Below are positions 52,068 through 63,865 of a stretch of 64,000 nt of DNA, one piece after another (within the stretch, counting starts at the first letter, position 1; every line of letters starts with the position of its first letter). The position numbers were made by a program, and so were the translations under genes. The notes beneath the pieces are model-generated. The model worked only from the letters and a program-made list of their open reading frames with translations. It was not told where the DNA came from and ran no database searches. The stretch comes from Octopus sinensis (Eukaryota), in NCBI RefSeq assembly GCF_006345805.1, contig NC_043017.1, positions 24,924,001 to 24,988,000 of the forward strand, written 5' to 3'.

Positions 52068-52780
52068 TCATCATCATCGTTTAGCGTCCGCTTTCCATGC
52101 TAGCATGGGTTGGACGGTTCAACTGGGGTCTGGGAAGCCAGAAGGCTGCACCAGGCCCAGTCTAATCTGGCAATGTTTCTACGGCTGGATGCCCTTCCTA
52201 ACGCCAACTACTCCGTGAGTGTAGTGGGTGCTTTTTACGTGCCACCGGCACAGGTGCTAGATGAGGCTGGCAAACGGCCACGATTGGATGGTGCTTTTTA
52301 CATGCCACTGGCATGATGCTTTTTACATACCACACGCACATCATAATTTATTCCATGCTGGCATGGATTGGACGGTTTGACTGAAAATTGGTAAGCTAGA
52401 TCAGGTTCCGATCTGATTTGGCATGGTTTCTACAGCTAGTTTTCTTTCCTAATATCAACCACACCAAGAGTGTAGTTTTGCGATTTTAACATGCCACCGG
52501 CACAGGTGCCAGTTATGAAACACCAGCATCAGCCATGACTATTATCTCACATGGATTGACTGGTCTCCTCAAGCACAGTATGTTATATTGCCAAAGATCT
52601 CAGTCACTTGTCACTGCCTCCATGTGACCCAAAGTTCCAAGGGTACTTTTTATGTGCCACTGACATGGATGCCAGTTATGCGACACTGGTGTTGGCCACG
52701 TCTATGATTTCACTTGGCTTGATGGTTCTTCTCAAGCACAGCATATTGCTGAACATTTGAAGGGTGCCTTTTACATGATG
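52068..52780 (-). mobile_element. Family C retroposon cluster with (GAT)n tail; more copies at 10480-10680, 10915-11012, 15495-15725, 17400-17720, 31225-31590, 44980-45840, 53840-54850, 55100-55290, 58240-58520
   Basis: Recurrent GGAGTGGTTGGCGTTAGGAAGGGCATCCAGC...CCAACCCATGCTAGCATGGAAAGCGGACGTTAAACGATGATGATG; copies are 5'-truncated at variable points. Confidence 0.8.
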
Positions 52781-52781
52781 C

Positions 52782-52830
<49 letters not shown>

Positions 52831-53103
52831 TTTGTGTCTGTGTTTATCCTCCGTCACTGATTGACAATTGGTGTTGGTGTGTTTACATTCCTGTAACTTG
52901 GAAGTTTGGCAAAAGAGACCAATAGAATAAGTATCAGGTTTAATAAAAAGTAATACTCGTGTCAGAAACATCTAAACTCTCATATAAGCATTGAACTAAT
53001 ACATTTGTTAAAACTTGTCCATCCTGTGTCATCATCTGTCTTCTTGTGTTAATTGCCTACACACAAACACACACACACACAAACTTGCACACACACAAAC
53101 TTG

Positions 53104-53151
<48 letters not shown>

Positions 53152-53486
53152 TGATGAAGATAATATATATGATGGGCTTTTGCGCCATTTCTATTTACCA
53201 AATTCCACACATCAGGATTTGCTTAAGGCTATAAGAAGAAAATGTATGCCAACAAATAGTCTGGCACACTTTTATGCAATTTGTCACTTGCACCATTTTC
53301 AGAAAGAAAATTGCAATATAAAGTAACTTAATGCTTTCCATTCTGAAACCCCTTCTCCTACCCTTTCTCCTAACAAAAATGGAAAAACAGAAAAGAAAGA
53401 AATTAATGATTCTTGTTGTGTGTTTTAAAGTAAATATTTATTGCGTAGTCTGCTTGAAATTATCTTTTGGGGGCTTTTTTTTTTTT

Positions 53487-53528
<42 letters not shown>

Positions 53529-53795
53529 TTTCTTTTACTTTTCCCTCTCAACTAATCTCGTCTAAGAAATACTTGAGATGACAAAACTCCATGTTTCACT
53601 GCATTGACTCCATGTTTCTCTCTATCGACATTGCTGCACCAAATGTGATTCCTGATAAATCTTTAACTTGTAAAGAATCTTTTCTGGAAAAGAAAAAAAG
53701 TAACAAGAAAAAACGATAAGAAAATGCACTAGAGATAATGATAATGTCAGTGGTAGTTTTTTATTGACTGTTTTGTTATACTTAGAACCAATTAT

Positions 53796-53841
<46 letters not shown>

Positions 53842-56164
53842 CATCATCATCATCATCATTTAATGTGTTTTCCTTGCTGGCATGGGTTGGATGGTTTGAT
53901 AGGAGCTGGCAAACCAAAGAGCTACATCAGGCCCCATTTGTCTGTTTTGGCATGGTTTCTACGGTTAGATGCCCTTCCTAATGCCAACCACTTTACAGAA
54001 TGTGCTGGGTGCTCTTTAATAGATCATCATCATCATCATTTAACGTCCATTTTCCCTGCTAGCATGGGTTGGACGGTTCAACTGGGGTCTGGGAAGCCAG
54101 AAGGCTGCGCCAGGCCCAGTCTGATCTGGCAGTGTTTCTACAGCTGGATGCACTTCCTAAAGCCAACCACTCCGTGAGTGTAGTGGGTGCTTTTTACGTG
54201 CCACCGACACGGAGGCCAGTCAGGGCGGCGCTGGCAATGGCCATGTTCGGATGGTTCGCTTATGTGCTACCGGCACAGTTATCACAGCTACAATTTCAAT
54301 TGATGTTGATCGATTTTGATTTTGAATTTGATTTTCACTTGCCTCAACAGGTCTTCACAAGTAGGGTTTGTGTCACAAGAAGGAAAGATATGCATAAGTG
54401 GGCTGGCTACGTCCCAGGTAGAGGCCACGGGTTATGGTCTCACTTGTCCTGCCGGGTCTTCCCACGCACAGCATACTTCCAAAGGTCTCAGTCTCTGGTC
54501 ATTTCCTCATCATTATTTAATGTCTGTTGTCCATGCTGCCAGCCCAGTCAATCCGTCCAACCCATGCTGGCATGGGTTGGACGGTTTGACTGGGCTGGTA
54601 CACAGGAAGGCTGCACCAGGCTCTAAATCTAATTTGGCATGGTTCTCTGCAGCTGGATGCCCTTCTTAATGCTAACCACTCGGAGAGTGTAATGGGTGCT
54701 TTTACATGCCATTTGTGTGACACTGGTACCATTTGCATGACACTGGTATCTGTGATTTTGCTTGGTTTGATGGGTCTTCTTCTCAAGCACACCATAATGC
54801 CAAAGGTCTTGGTCATTGCCTCTGTGAGGCCCAACACTCGAAATGCGCTCAGCCACTTTATCTCCAGATAGATATTTTCGTGTGTGTGTGTGTGTGTGTT
54901 ATGTTTATATTGTGGTTCTGACAGTGTTGCTAAATCCAGTTGAGCTAACATCATAGATGCTATGAGGGTTGATATGTAGACACAAATTATAATTGATAAC
55001 ATAATCCCATTCTATTTGGCAAAATGTTGATCCCTCGGATATAAAATTCTTCAGGTTTTGAAGCAGCAGAACACTTGGTATTATTTTTAACTTAATCATT
55101 ATCATCATCAAACATTTAATATCTGTTTCCCATGGGCTGAAATGGGTTAGACAGCCTGAAAGGAACCAGCAAGGTGAGAGGTTACATCAAGTTCCTTAAT
55201 CTGTTTTGGCTTAGTTTCTATGGCTGGATACCGTTCCTAACACCAGCCACTTCACAGTGTGTTCTTGGTGCTTTTTACATGGCACCACCACCACCACCAG
55301 ACTGATTTCCCTTCAAATAATGCTGCAATGATCAGAAAAGCTGACAGTCAGATGGAACAAGGTCAAGAGAATAAGAAGGGTGAAGCAAAAGTCCCATATT
55401 TTGTGCTGTAATTTTTATGTGGGTGACATGGTTTTGCATTATTGTGTAAAAGTGACCACCCCGCCTTACACAATAATGCAAGGCTTCAGTCATCTGTCTT
55501 GTGTTAATTGCCTACACATACATATGCACACACACACAGACACAGACATGCACACACAAACTTGCACACACACACACACACAAATGATGAAGATAATATA
55601 TATGATGGGCTTTTGTGCCATTTCTATTTACCAAATTCCACACATCAGGATTTGCTTAAGGCTATAAGAAGAAAATGTATGCCAACAAATAGTCTGGCAC
55701 ACTTTTAGGTCAGTTTGTGGCTATAGTAGAAGACACACGCCCAAAGTGCCATGCAGTGGGACTGAACCCGGAAACCATGAAGTTGGTGAGCGAATTCCTT
55801 AACCACTCATCTAACCTTCTGGAAAAGAAGAGACAAAATGAAATTTTACACATAAAAGTCAAAAACATAAAACAGACAAAAAGCAATGAAAAATGCATAG
55901 ATGTGAACATGTACAATGTCTTTATTAGTTGTCGCCTGGGTATCGTTGTTGCAGTTTAAATATTTTCAGACAGTGTCTGCTCAATGCAAACAGTGTCAGC
56001 AGTATGGAGGCTTACTGGAGCTGATAAGTAGAGAGGGAAATTAAAAAAAAAGAAATATGGGGAAAATAAGTGTAGAAGGATGAAAGAGGAAGCAATTTCC
56101 AGAACAATACATTAGCGAAGAATGTTGTGCATATGTGTGTGCACTATGTATGTGTGTGTGTGTG

Positions 56165-56214
<50 letters not shown>

Positions 56215-56259
56215 ATATTGATATGTATGTCTGTGTGTATATATGTATATATAATGTAT

Positions 56260-56711
56260 ATATATATGTGTGTTTGTATATATATACACACATTTACACA
56301 TGTATGCGCATATATATATGTATATATATAATGCATATATATGTGTGTTTGTATGTATACACACATTTACACATGTATGCGCATATATATATATATATGT
56401 ATATGTGTGTTTGTATATATACACACATTTACACATGTATGCGCATATATATATATGTATATATATGTGTGTTTGTATATATACACACATTTACACATGT
56501 ATGCGCATTTATATATATATGTATATATATGTGTGTTTGTATATATACACACATTTACACATGTATGCGCATTTATATATATATGTATATATATGTGTGT
56601 TTGTATATATACACACATTTACACATGTATGCGCATATATATATATGTATATATATAATGTATATATATGTGTGTTTGTAAATACACACACATTTACACA
56701 CGTATGTGCGC

Positions 56712-56715
<4 letters not shown>
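56260..56715. repeat. Minisatellite, ~7 units of ~60-75 bp, inside a TA-rich microsatellite (56130-56850)
   Basis: Repeated GTGTGTTTGTATATATACACACATTTACACATGTATGCGCATATATA. Confidence 0.9.
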
Positions 56716-56792
<77 letters not shown>

Positions 56793-57259
56793 TATATAAA
56801 CATATATGCATATATATATGTAAACATACATATATGCATAGACATGCACATATGTATCATTAACATTCCATTTAAAATTTATATTGTTGCTGACTTGTCT
56901 GGTCTGAAGGAAAATATTGATCGGGAGTTCCGTTCTTCGGAAAGATGGAAAAAATGGAAAATCTTTTGTATTTACTATTCTCTTCATTGTTGTTAATATC
57001 GATGATAATGTTGTTGCTGCTGCTGCTGTTTAGCCTCAGGTCAGCTTTGATTGAGCTGGTTTACAATTAAAAAACAAAAAAAGCAAGCAAAAATATTCCA
57101 GTTACAAGCATCCGATCTTTTTTCCTGAGTAGAGTGCACCTCGGGATGCTTTATCCAAGGTCTTTTTCTTTTCTGAGATGGTAGGGAGTGATTTGAGATA
57201 AGGAGGGGTGCGTGGAAGATTTACCTGCTATTTCAAGCAGATTGGGTGAGCATATAGAG

Positions 57260-57643
57260 TCTCTCTCGCTCTCTCTGTCTCTGTGTGTCTGTCTCTCTCT
57301 CTGCGTCTGTCTCCATCTCTCTCTGTCTCCGTCTCTCTCTGTCTCTGTCTCTGCGTCTATCTCTCTGTCTGTCTTTGTCTCTGTCTCTGTCTGTCTCTCT
57401 TTGTCTGTCTATGTCTGTCTCTCTGTCTCTGTCTGTCTCTCTCTGTCTGTCTCTGTCTCTGTCTGTCTGTCTCTGTCTCTCTCTCTGTCTCTGTCTCTGT
57501 CTGTCTCTCTTTGTCTGTCTCTGTCTCTCTCTCCGTCTCTCTCTCTGTCTGTCTCTGTCTCTCTGTCTGTCTCTGTCTCTCTCTCTCTCTCTCTCTGTGT
57601 CTGTCTCTCTTTCTCTCTCTGTCTGTCTCTGTCTCTATCTCTC
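57260..57643. repeat. Pyrimidine-rich (CT)/(CTGT)/(CTCTGT) microsatellite
   Basis: Direct inspection. Confidence 0.95.
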
Positions 57644-59572
57644 ATTGAGTATTTAAGTTCATTGCTATGGTTATAAGTGTTTAGAAGATTTAGAGATTGA
57701 GTGAATGTGATGCACTCTAGCTTGTACATATGCAGTAAATTCAGTCAGCAAGCTTGATTGTGTGTGTGTGTTTGTGTGTGTGTGAGACTATTAATTATTA
57801 AGGATGAAGTATACCGTAATCCTAGCTACAAAAACTTAAGTAATAATACTTCTGTTAACTGCTGGTAATTGTGTCAAATACTTAAAAGGAAACTAACAAC
57901 AAAAATAAATAAATAAATGATACAAAAAAAAAAGTAGAACCTAAACAAACAAAAGCCTGTTTAGTGGAATCTAATGTTATCCTTGACCTCAAATTAGTTT
58001 ACCTGCATTGAGTGTGTTGGAGATGCTAAACATGCTTGTTTTGTTCTGAAGTGACACAGAATTATCTTGGTAAAGAAGCATCAAACATCTCTAGTGAATA
58101 TCCAACAAGGGATCCTTTAATTCAGTGATCCTCAATTGGGGCCAGTTTTGCTCCAGGGGGGTCCGTATAAGATTTTGTTGTTAAAATTTATGTGCATTAA
58201 ATTTAAGATTTTTTTTCATTATAATTCCTGATAATATCTGTGCTCGAGAAGACTTGTGAAGCCAAGTGAAGCCGTAGTCATGGTTTTTGCCTGTGCCATG
58301 TAAATGGCATCCGTGAAACCATAGCTGTGGCTGTTGCCTGTGTCATGATGGTGGCTCGTAAAAAGCACCCATTACACTCTTGGAGTGGTTGGTGTCAGGA
58401 AGGGCATCCAGCTATAGAAACCATGCCGAATCAGACTGAAACCTGGTGCAGCTCTCCAGCTTACCAGTTTCAGTCAAACCGTCTAACCCATTCCAGCAGG
58501 GAAAGTGAATGCTAGAGGATGATTTAATTACAAAAGTACATTCAGATTTTTTTTTTAATATTTACTGTGAATGGCTATAGAGGTCCAGTTGAATAAAATA
58601 GGAATCAAAGAGGTCCATAGGCAAAAGGTGGTTGAGAACAACTGCTTTAGATAGTTGCTTGACCTTGCAGAATTAAGTGTCAAATTTACCTCATATCATG
58701 CTCTGGTTGGCCTTTTTTGTTGTTGGTTGATAGCATTGCTGGCAGAACCGTTAGCATGTTGGGCGAAATGCGTAGCCGTATTTCGTCTGTCGTTACGTTC
58801 TGAGTTCAAATACCGCCGAGGTCGACTTTGCCTTTCATCCTTTCGGGGTCGATAAATTAAGTACCAGTTACGCACTGGGGTCGATGTAATCGACTTAATC
58901 CCCTTGTCTGTCCTCTCTGTGTTTAGCCCCTTGTGGGCAGTAAAGAAATAAGTAACTTAACTACCTCTGCTGTGCCTGGGCTGTTTCCAGAAGCAAGTGC
59001 CTAGCCTCAAATATATCTCTCCACTCATGAATACATCATAAAGGAAAGACAAGTCGATATGTTTGTAGCATCCATGAAGCTGCAGGGGTGCCAGATGCTG
59101 GCTAAGTATAACTATATATAGCTGCCTTAGGGTCTCTTCCTCTGGATTTTCTGTAGGAGTTTACTCCCTTCATCTTTTTTAAATTGTCCCACTAGTAGCA
59201 CAGGTGCTTTTTATGTGGCACCAGCACCTACAAGCCCACGAAATTAGGGATGCTTAGCCGGAGAGCATTGCAGGAGATGAGCCTGTATGCAAGAGCAATC
59301 ATGCTTTTACTTAGATTGACATGTCTTTTCAAGCACAGCAAACTGCCAGGAGTTTTGGTCCCCTGTGGGTCCAAATGTCTGTGAATCCTTTTTCACTACT
59401 TCTGATGTCAAACATTAAAAAAACCTGATGAGGTCATTTATAATGAAATTTCTTGAGGTGAATTTTCCTATGGCAAAAGTACTTACAGTGAAATTTCCGA
59501 TAACCCAATTTTGAACCCCCTTTATTTTACTGAAAGAAATGCTCATATTTTTCTTCAATTGTTCTTTTTCAG

Positions 59573-59731
59573 AAGTTCCAAATGCAGTTTCTCCTGGAAC
59601 TTACAGACCTCCACCTCGAACGAAAGAAGTTGTTGTGAAGGGCCAAGTTATCAAACTGAAGTATTGCTTCACCTGTAAGATATTTAGACCACCACGAGCG
59701 TCACACTGTAGTTTATGTGATAATTGTGTTG
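59573..59731 (+). CDS. ZDHHC14: Next coding exon (159 bp, phase 1 to phase 1) of the same gene; start of the DHHC cysteine-rich domain
   Basis: Acceptor TTCTTTTTCAG (AG 59571-72), donor G|GTAAGT at 59732. Splices in frame to the previous exon (G+AA = Glu). Translates [53 protein letters not shown]. The exon with the DHHC motif itself is not in the window. Confidence 0.96.
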
Positions 59732-60381
59732 GTAAGTTTGCTTTTTTTTCTCTTTCTTGTTTGTTGATGTGATACCTTTATTTCATCTTATCTTTCCACC
59801 CCACTTTTTTATTGATTTAGAGCAATGGTTCTCAACCAGGGTCCACATGACCCTTGGGGCTATGTATAAGATTTTGTTAAAGCTTATATGCAATAAGTCG
59901 GTTTTACTCATACAAATACACAAAACATTTTAACAATTTTTTGAAACACAATTCCTAATAATGTTTAATTCTAAAAATACGATAGGATCTTTTAAACATT
60001 GAATGGTTATGACGGTCCACTAGAATAAAATAGGCATCTTCCTGGGTCTACCTCTTCGACAGGTACCCTTCACAATTAGAACTTGGCACTTCTTTATGCA
60101 GATTTACCATCTTACAAAATTTTTTTAAAGTTTCTCCTGTTTTTATAAGAACCTGTCAGGGGTATTGTCTCGGATATTTGTATTTAGAAGTTGGTTATTT
60201 ACTTCTGACGAACCACTCACTGGAATGTCAACTATTTCTTTGAACATTTTTGGACTTTGTAGTTTAAAAGTAAAACAAAACCGGTTTCTTCATTAGAAAT
60301 TTACGAATGTGTGTTTTTTTGTGTATATATATATGTAAATGTATGTACTTGTGTATATGTGTGTGTTTTTGTATGCGTATG

Positions 60382-60420
<39 letters not shown>

Positions 60421-61224
60421 GTGTATGGGTGTATTATTTAGAAGTTCAAAATATTTAACTACTTCAATTTCTTTACTAGTTTTGTTTAGTCAACAGCTGC
60501 TTGTAGCACTTAGAAAGATCACTACTTCTACCACCACAACAACAACAACAGCAACCACTGTCACCACCATCACAACTGCTACTGGTGCCACAAAGTTAAA
60601 TATAAATATTTCTGAAGTCACAAGGAGTGTTGTCAGAACTGGTGCTTAACACCAGTTTCATGGTATGGAGCAGCATGTGTTTGCTCCTGGAGAGGGCACA
60701 AGTTTATCTCAAGTAGCTGGCAGAATTGTTATCATGCCGGACACAATGCTTCAGTGGCATTTCTTTTGGATTCACCCTCTGATGAGTTCAAATCCCACCT
60801 AGGTTAATCTTGCCTTTCATCCATTTGGGGGATCAGTAAAATACCAGTTGAGCATTGGGGGTCACTGTAATTGACTAACCCCCTCCCCCAAAATTACAAG
60901 CCTTGTGCCTGTAGTAGAAAAATGTATCATCTGATTTTGTATTCCCCAACAAAAAGTGGATGGATTGAGGCACAGAGAATTCTGTCCTTACAAGAATTCC
61001 AACAACAATAATGCTGGCAGTGGATTTGAACTTGGAACCTAGGAGAGAATAGATAATTACTTCAGCCACTTGACTATTTTACTTTTTCACTGCTGTTACC
61101 ACCTATTATTTATTCCACCCCTGTAAAATGGCGTTATGTCTTGTGGCCCCCACATACACACACAATAAGCTGCTCTCTGGAGCGGATTCATTCGACTAAA
61201 TTTCTTCAAGGTAGTACCCTAGCA

Positions 61225-61314
61225 ACAGGACCTCCGTAATGCCATGATGGACCGTGAAGTCTGGCGAAGCATGGTAAATTCCATTGTCTCGACCACGGTC
61301 GAACAATAATGATG
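61225..61314 (+). mobile_element. 90-bp 3' fragment of the same RTE LINE with a 9-bp TSD
   Basis: About 2 differences from 14191-14280. Flanked by ACCCTAGCA at 61216-24 and 61315-23. Interrupts a family-A SINE tail. Confidence 0.9.
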
Positions 61315-61689
61315 ACCCTAGCATGGCCACAATCTAATGATTGAAGCAAGTAAAAGATATCATCATCATAGTTTAACAGCTGCCTTCCATGCTAGCATGG
61401 TTGGGAAGTAAGCTTCTTGATAACACAACCATGCAACATTTCTATTATTAGACTCTAATTCTCACCAGATTACCCTTGACTTTTCCTTTCAAAGTTCAGG
61501 ACATCCAGCAGCTGTGAAAAGGGTCACTGCAAGCATATAATTAATCAATTCTCTTAATACATTCTGCTCACCACTAAGTCACACTTTTAAGTCAATCAAG
61601 TCTGCAGCTACTGAACGGCTCTGGTTTTATTCAACATCTATTCATAGTTGTTCAGTCTTACAAATACGTTTGTAAGAAGTGTGTATTAA

Positions 61690-61908
61690 CCCTTCAGCAC
61701 TCAGATTCTGTCAAATCTCTAATGTTTATTTACCCACATTATTTTGAATTACTCGTGCATTGCCTTGTAACTTTGAGATTTCAACGATATGATTGTTTAT
61801 TTTTAGAATGACATTGTAGGGTAGGTATGAAAGGCTGGACTTGGCCAGTTTGAACGTCAAGCAGATAGGATATTTGGGCTGGATGTGGCCAGTTTAAATG
61901 CTAAAGGG
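61690..61908. mobile_element. P2 piggyBac-type MITE
   Basis: TTAA|CCCTTCAGCA ... TGCTAAAGGG|TCAA; colinear with the 47000 copy. Confidence 0.82.
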
Positions 61909-62097
61909 TCAAAGCAAACAAATATTTTGAAGATTTTTCTATTATTAAATTATTCACTAAACAAACAGATCTATGATCAAAGCATTCTAACCATGACCAT
62001 CCTGTTGTGTAGCATGTCAGAGACTATACTGTCCACCATAGCCCTTGTTTAACCATTTTTATACCAAGCTGCCAGAAACAGCCCTTGGTTCTATGAT

Positions 62098-62530
62098 TTC
62101 TCTCTTTATCCCTTTTACTTATTTCAGTCATTTGACTGTGGCCATGCTGGAGCACCACCTTTAGTCGAGCAAATCAACCCCAGGATTTATTCTTTGGAAG
62201 CCTAGTACTTATTCTATCGGTCTCTTTTGCCGAACCGCTAAGTTACAAGGACGTAAACACACCAGCATCGGTTGTCAAACGATGTTGGTGGGGGGACAAA
62301 CACAGACACACAAACGTATATACACACACACGTGCATATATATATACATATATATGACTGGCTTTTTTCAGTTTCCGTCTACCAAATCCACTCACAAGGC
62401 TTTGGTCGGCCCGAGGCTATAGTGGAAGACACTTGCCCAAGGCACCATGCAGTGGGAATGAACCTGGAACCATGTGGTTGGTGAGCAAGCTACTTACCAC
62501 ACAGCCACTCCTGCACCTATAAACTATAAA
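62098..62530 (-). mobile_element. Family A SINE inserted in an old P1-related MITE
   Basis: Full-length reverse copy; CTATGAT repeated at 62091 and 62531; MITE sequence resumes on both sides. Confidence 0.85.
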
Positions 62531-62620
62531 CTATGATATAAACTTCCCGTTTTAAAGTAATCTAAATCAAAACCTTCCCTCAAAATTTCCCGTTAATCTA
62601 TGTTTCAAACACCAGTTTAA

Positions 62621-63059
62621 CCCTTTAGCATTTAAACCGACCATACCCGTCCCAAATATTCTACAGCTTTTATATTCAAACTGGCCATATCTAGCCTCTC
62701 ACGCCTATCCTATGATGACGTTCTAAAAATAAACATTGTTAAAACCTGGAAGCTTTAACCCTTTCGTTACTGTATTTATTTTGAGATGCTCTGTGTTTCT
62801 TTCAATTATTTTAAATATAACAAAGAATTTAGTAAAATAACTTCGTTATCATTCAGCTAGTATTAGGAATATAAATTGCGACCAAGGTTTGGTGGTATAT
62901 TTTGATGCAAAACTTAAGAAAACAAGACATTTGTATTACAGAGCCAGAGCCGGTTTTGGCCGGGTTGGTAACGAAAGGGCTAAGATAATGCATGATTAAT
63001 TCAAAACAATTCAGATAAAAAAAAGGAGCATTACATTTGATAATCTGTATACTAAAGGG
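62621..63059. mobile_element. P2 MITE (opposite orientation) containing a P1 MITE
   Basis: TTAA|CCCTTTAG ... CTAAAGGG|TTAA. Confidence 0.85.
62759..62979. mobile_element. P1 piggyBac-type MITE
   Basis: Perfect 12-bp TIR CCCTTTCGTTAC / GTAACGAAAGGG; flanks TTAA and CTAA. Confidence 0.9.
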
Positions 63060-63605
63060 TTAATAATGACAAAATTATTTTACTCATTTCTTCATAACTT
63101 TCCAAATTGAAACAAAAGCAGTGTGTTTCAGTAGAAATATGGCAATGAAATGTTTCAGTCCTACTGCCCAGCACCTTGAGCAAGCATTTTCTGCATAGCC
63201 CTGTGCTGATGAAAGCCTTCTGAAAGAAGCTTGTAGTACATGATTACATGTAGGTGTGCGCTTTTGTCACCTCATTGCGACAGACATCATGTGATTGTTG
63301 TAAGCACTTCTTAGAGGAGGACCATCATATGAATAGTGGCATTTGTTTCCTGTCATCTGCAAAAACAGTTTAGCCAAGAGGAAATATTATCTTCCTTTCA
63401 GATAGGTGAGGAGTGGTATTAGGAAGGTCATAATCAGGTCATAGAAAGTTTGACCCAATGCCAATATGGGAATGTGGACATATAAATGATGATGACTACG
63501 ACAATGTAGTAGTAGTAGGTAATGATAAAGATTCAAATTTCATAAAAATGCATCCTGCCTACAGTCATTTGTGCGTATGTGTCTCCATTTGAATTCATGG
63601 TTACT

Positions 63606-63659
63606 TGTTGGTTTTCTTATTTGTTTGTTGAACATACGTATGTGTATATATGTGTATAT

Positions 63660-63718
<59 letters not shown>

Positions 63719-63865
63719 TGTATATATATACATATGTGTATATGTATGTATATATATATGTATGTATACATATGTATATATATATATATGTATGTATATA
63801 CATATGTATATATATATATATATGTGTGTGAATGTATGTTCAACAAACAAATAAGAAAGCCAACA
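63606..63865. repeat. 32-bp inverted arms enclosing ~195 bp of TA/CA/TG microsatellite
   Basis: 63606-63637 versus 63834-63865, one mismatch. Confidence 0.9.

Larger units (their letters stand above)
46517..59572 (+). other. 13,056-bp GT-AG intron of the ZDHHC gene
   Basis: Phase-compatible donor and acceptor joining two exons that are contiguous in the protein family. Confidence 0.9.

Noticed and set aside
56260-56715. Regularly spaced repeats reminiscent of CRISPR
   Set aside because: Eukaryotic context, no unique spacers and no cas genes; it is a minisatellite.
57212-57729. S/L/V/C-rich and R/E/D/T-rich ORFs
   Set aside because: (CT)/(CTGT) microsatellite translation.
59425-59455. CTGATGAG...GAAA hammerhead-like spacing upstream of the exon
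   Set aside because: No pairing stem II and no convincing stem I.
60200-60235. CTGACGAACCACTCACTGGAATGTC, possible decayed hammerhead
   Set aside because: GAAA is incomplete and stem I is weak; single copy here, so unsupported.
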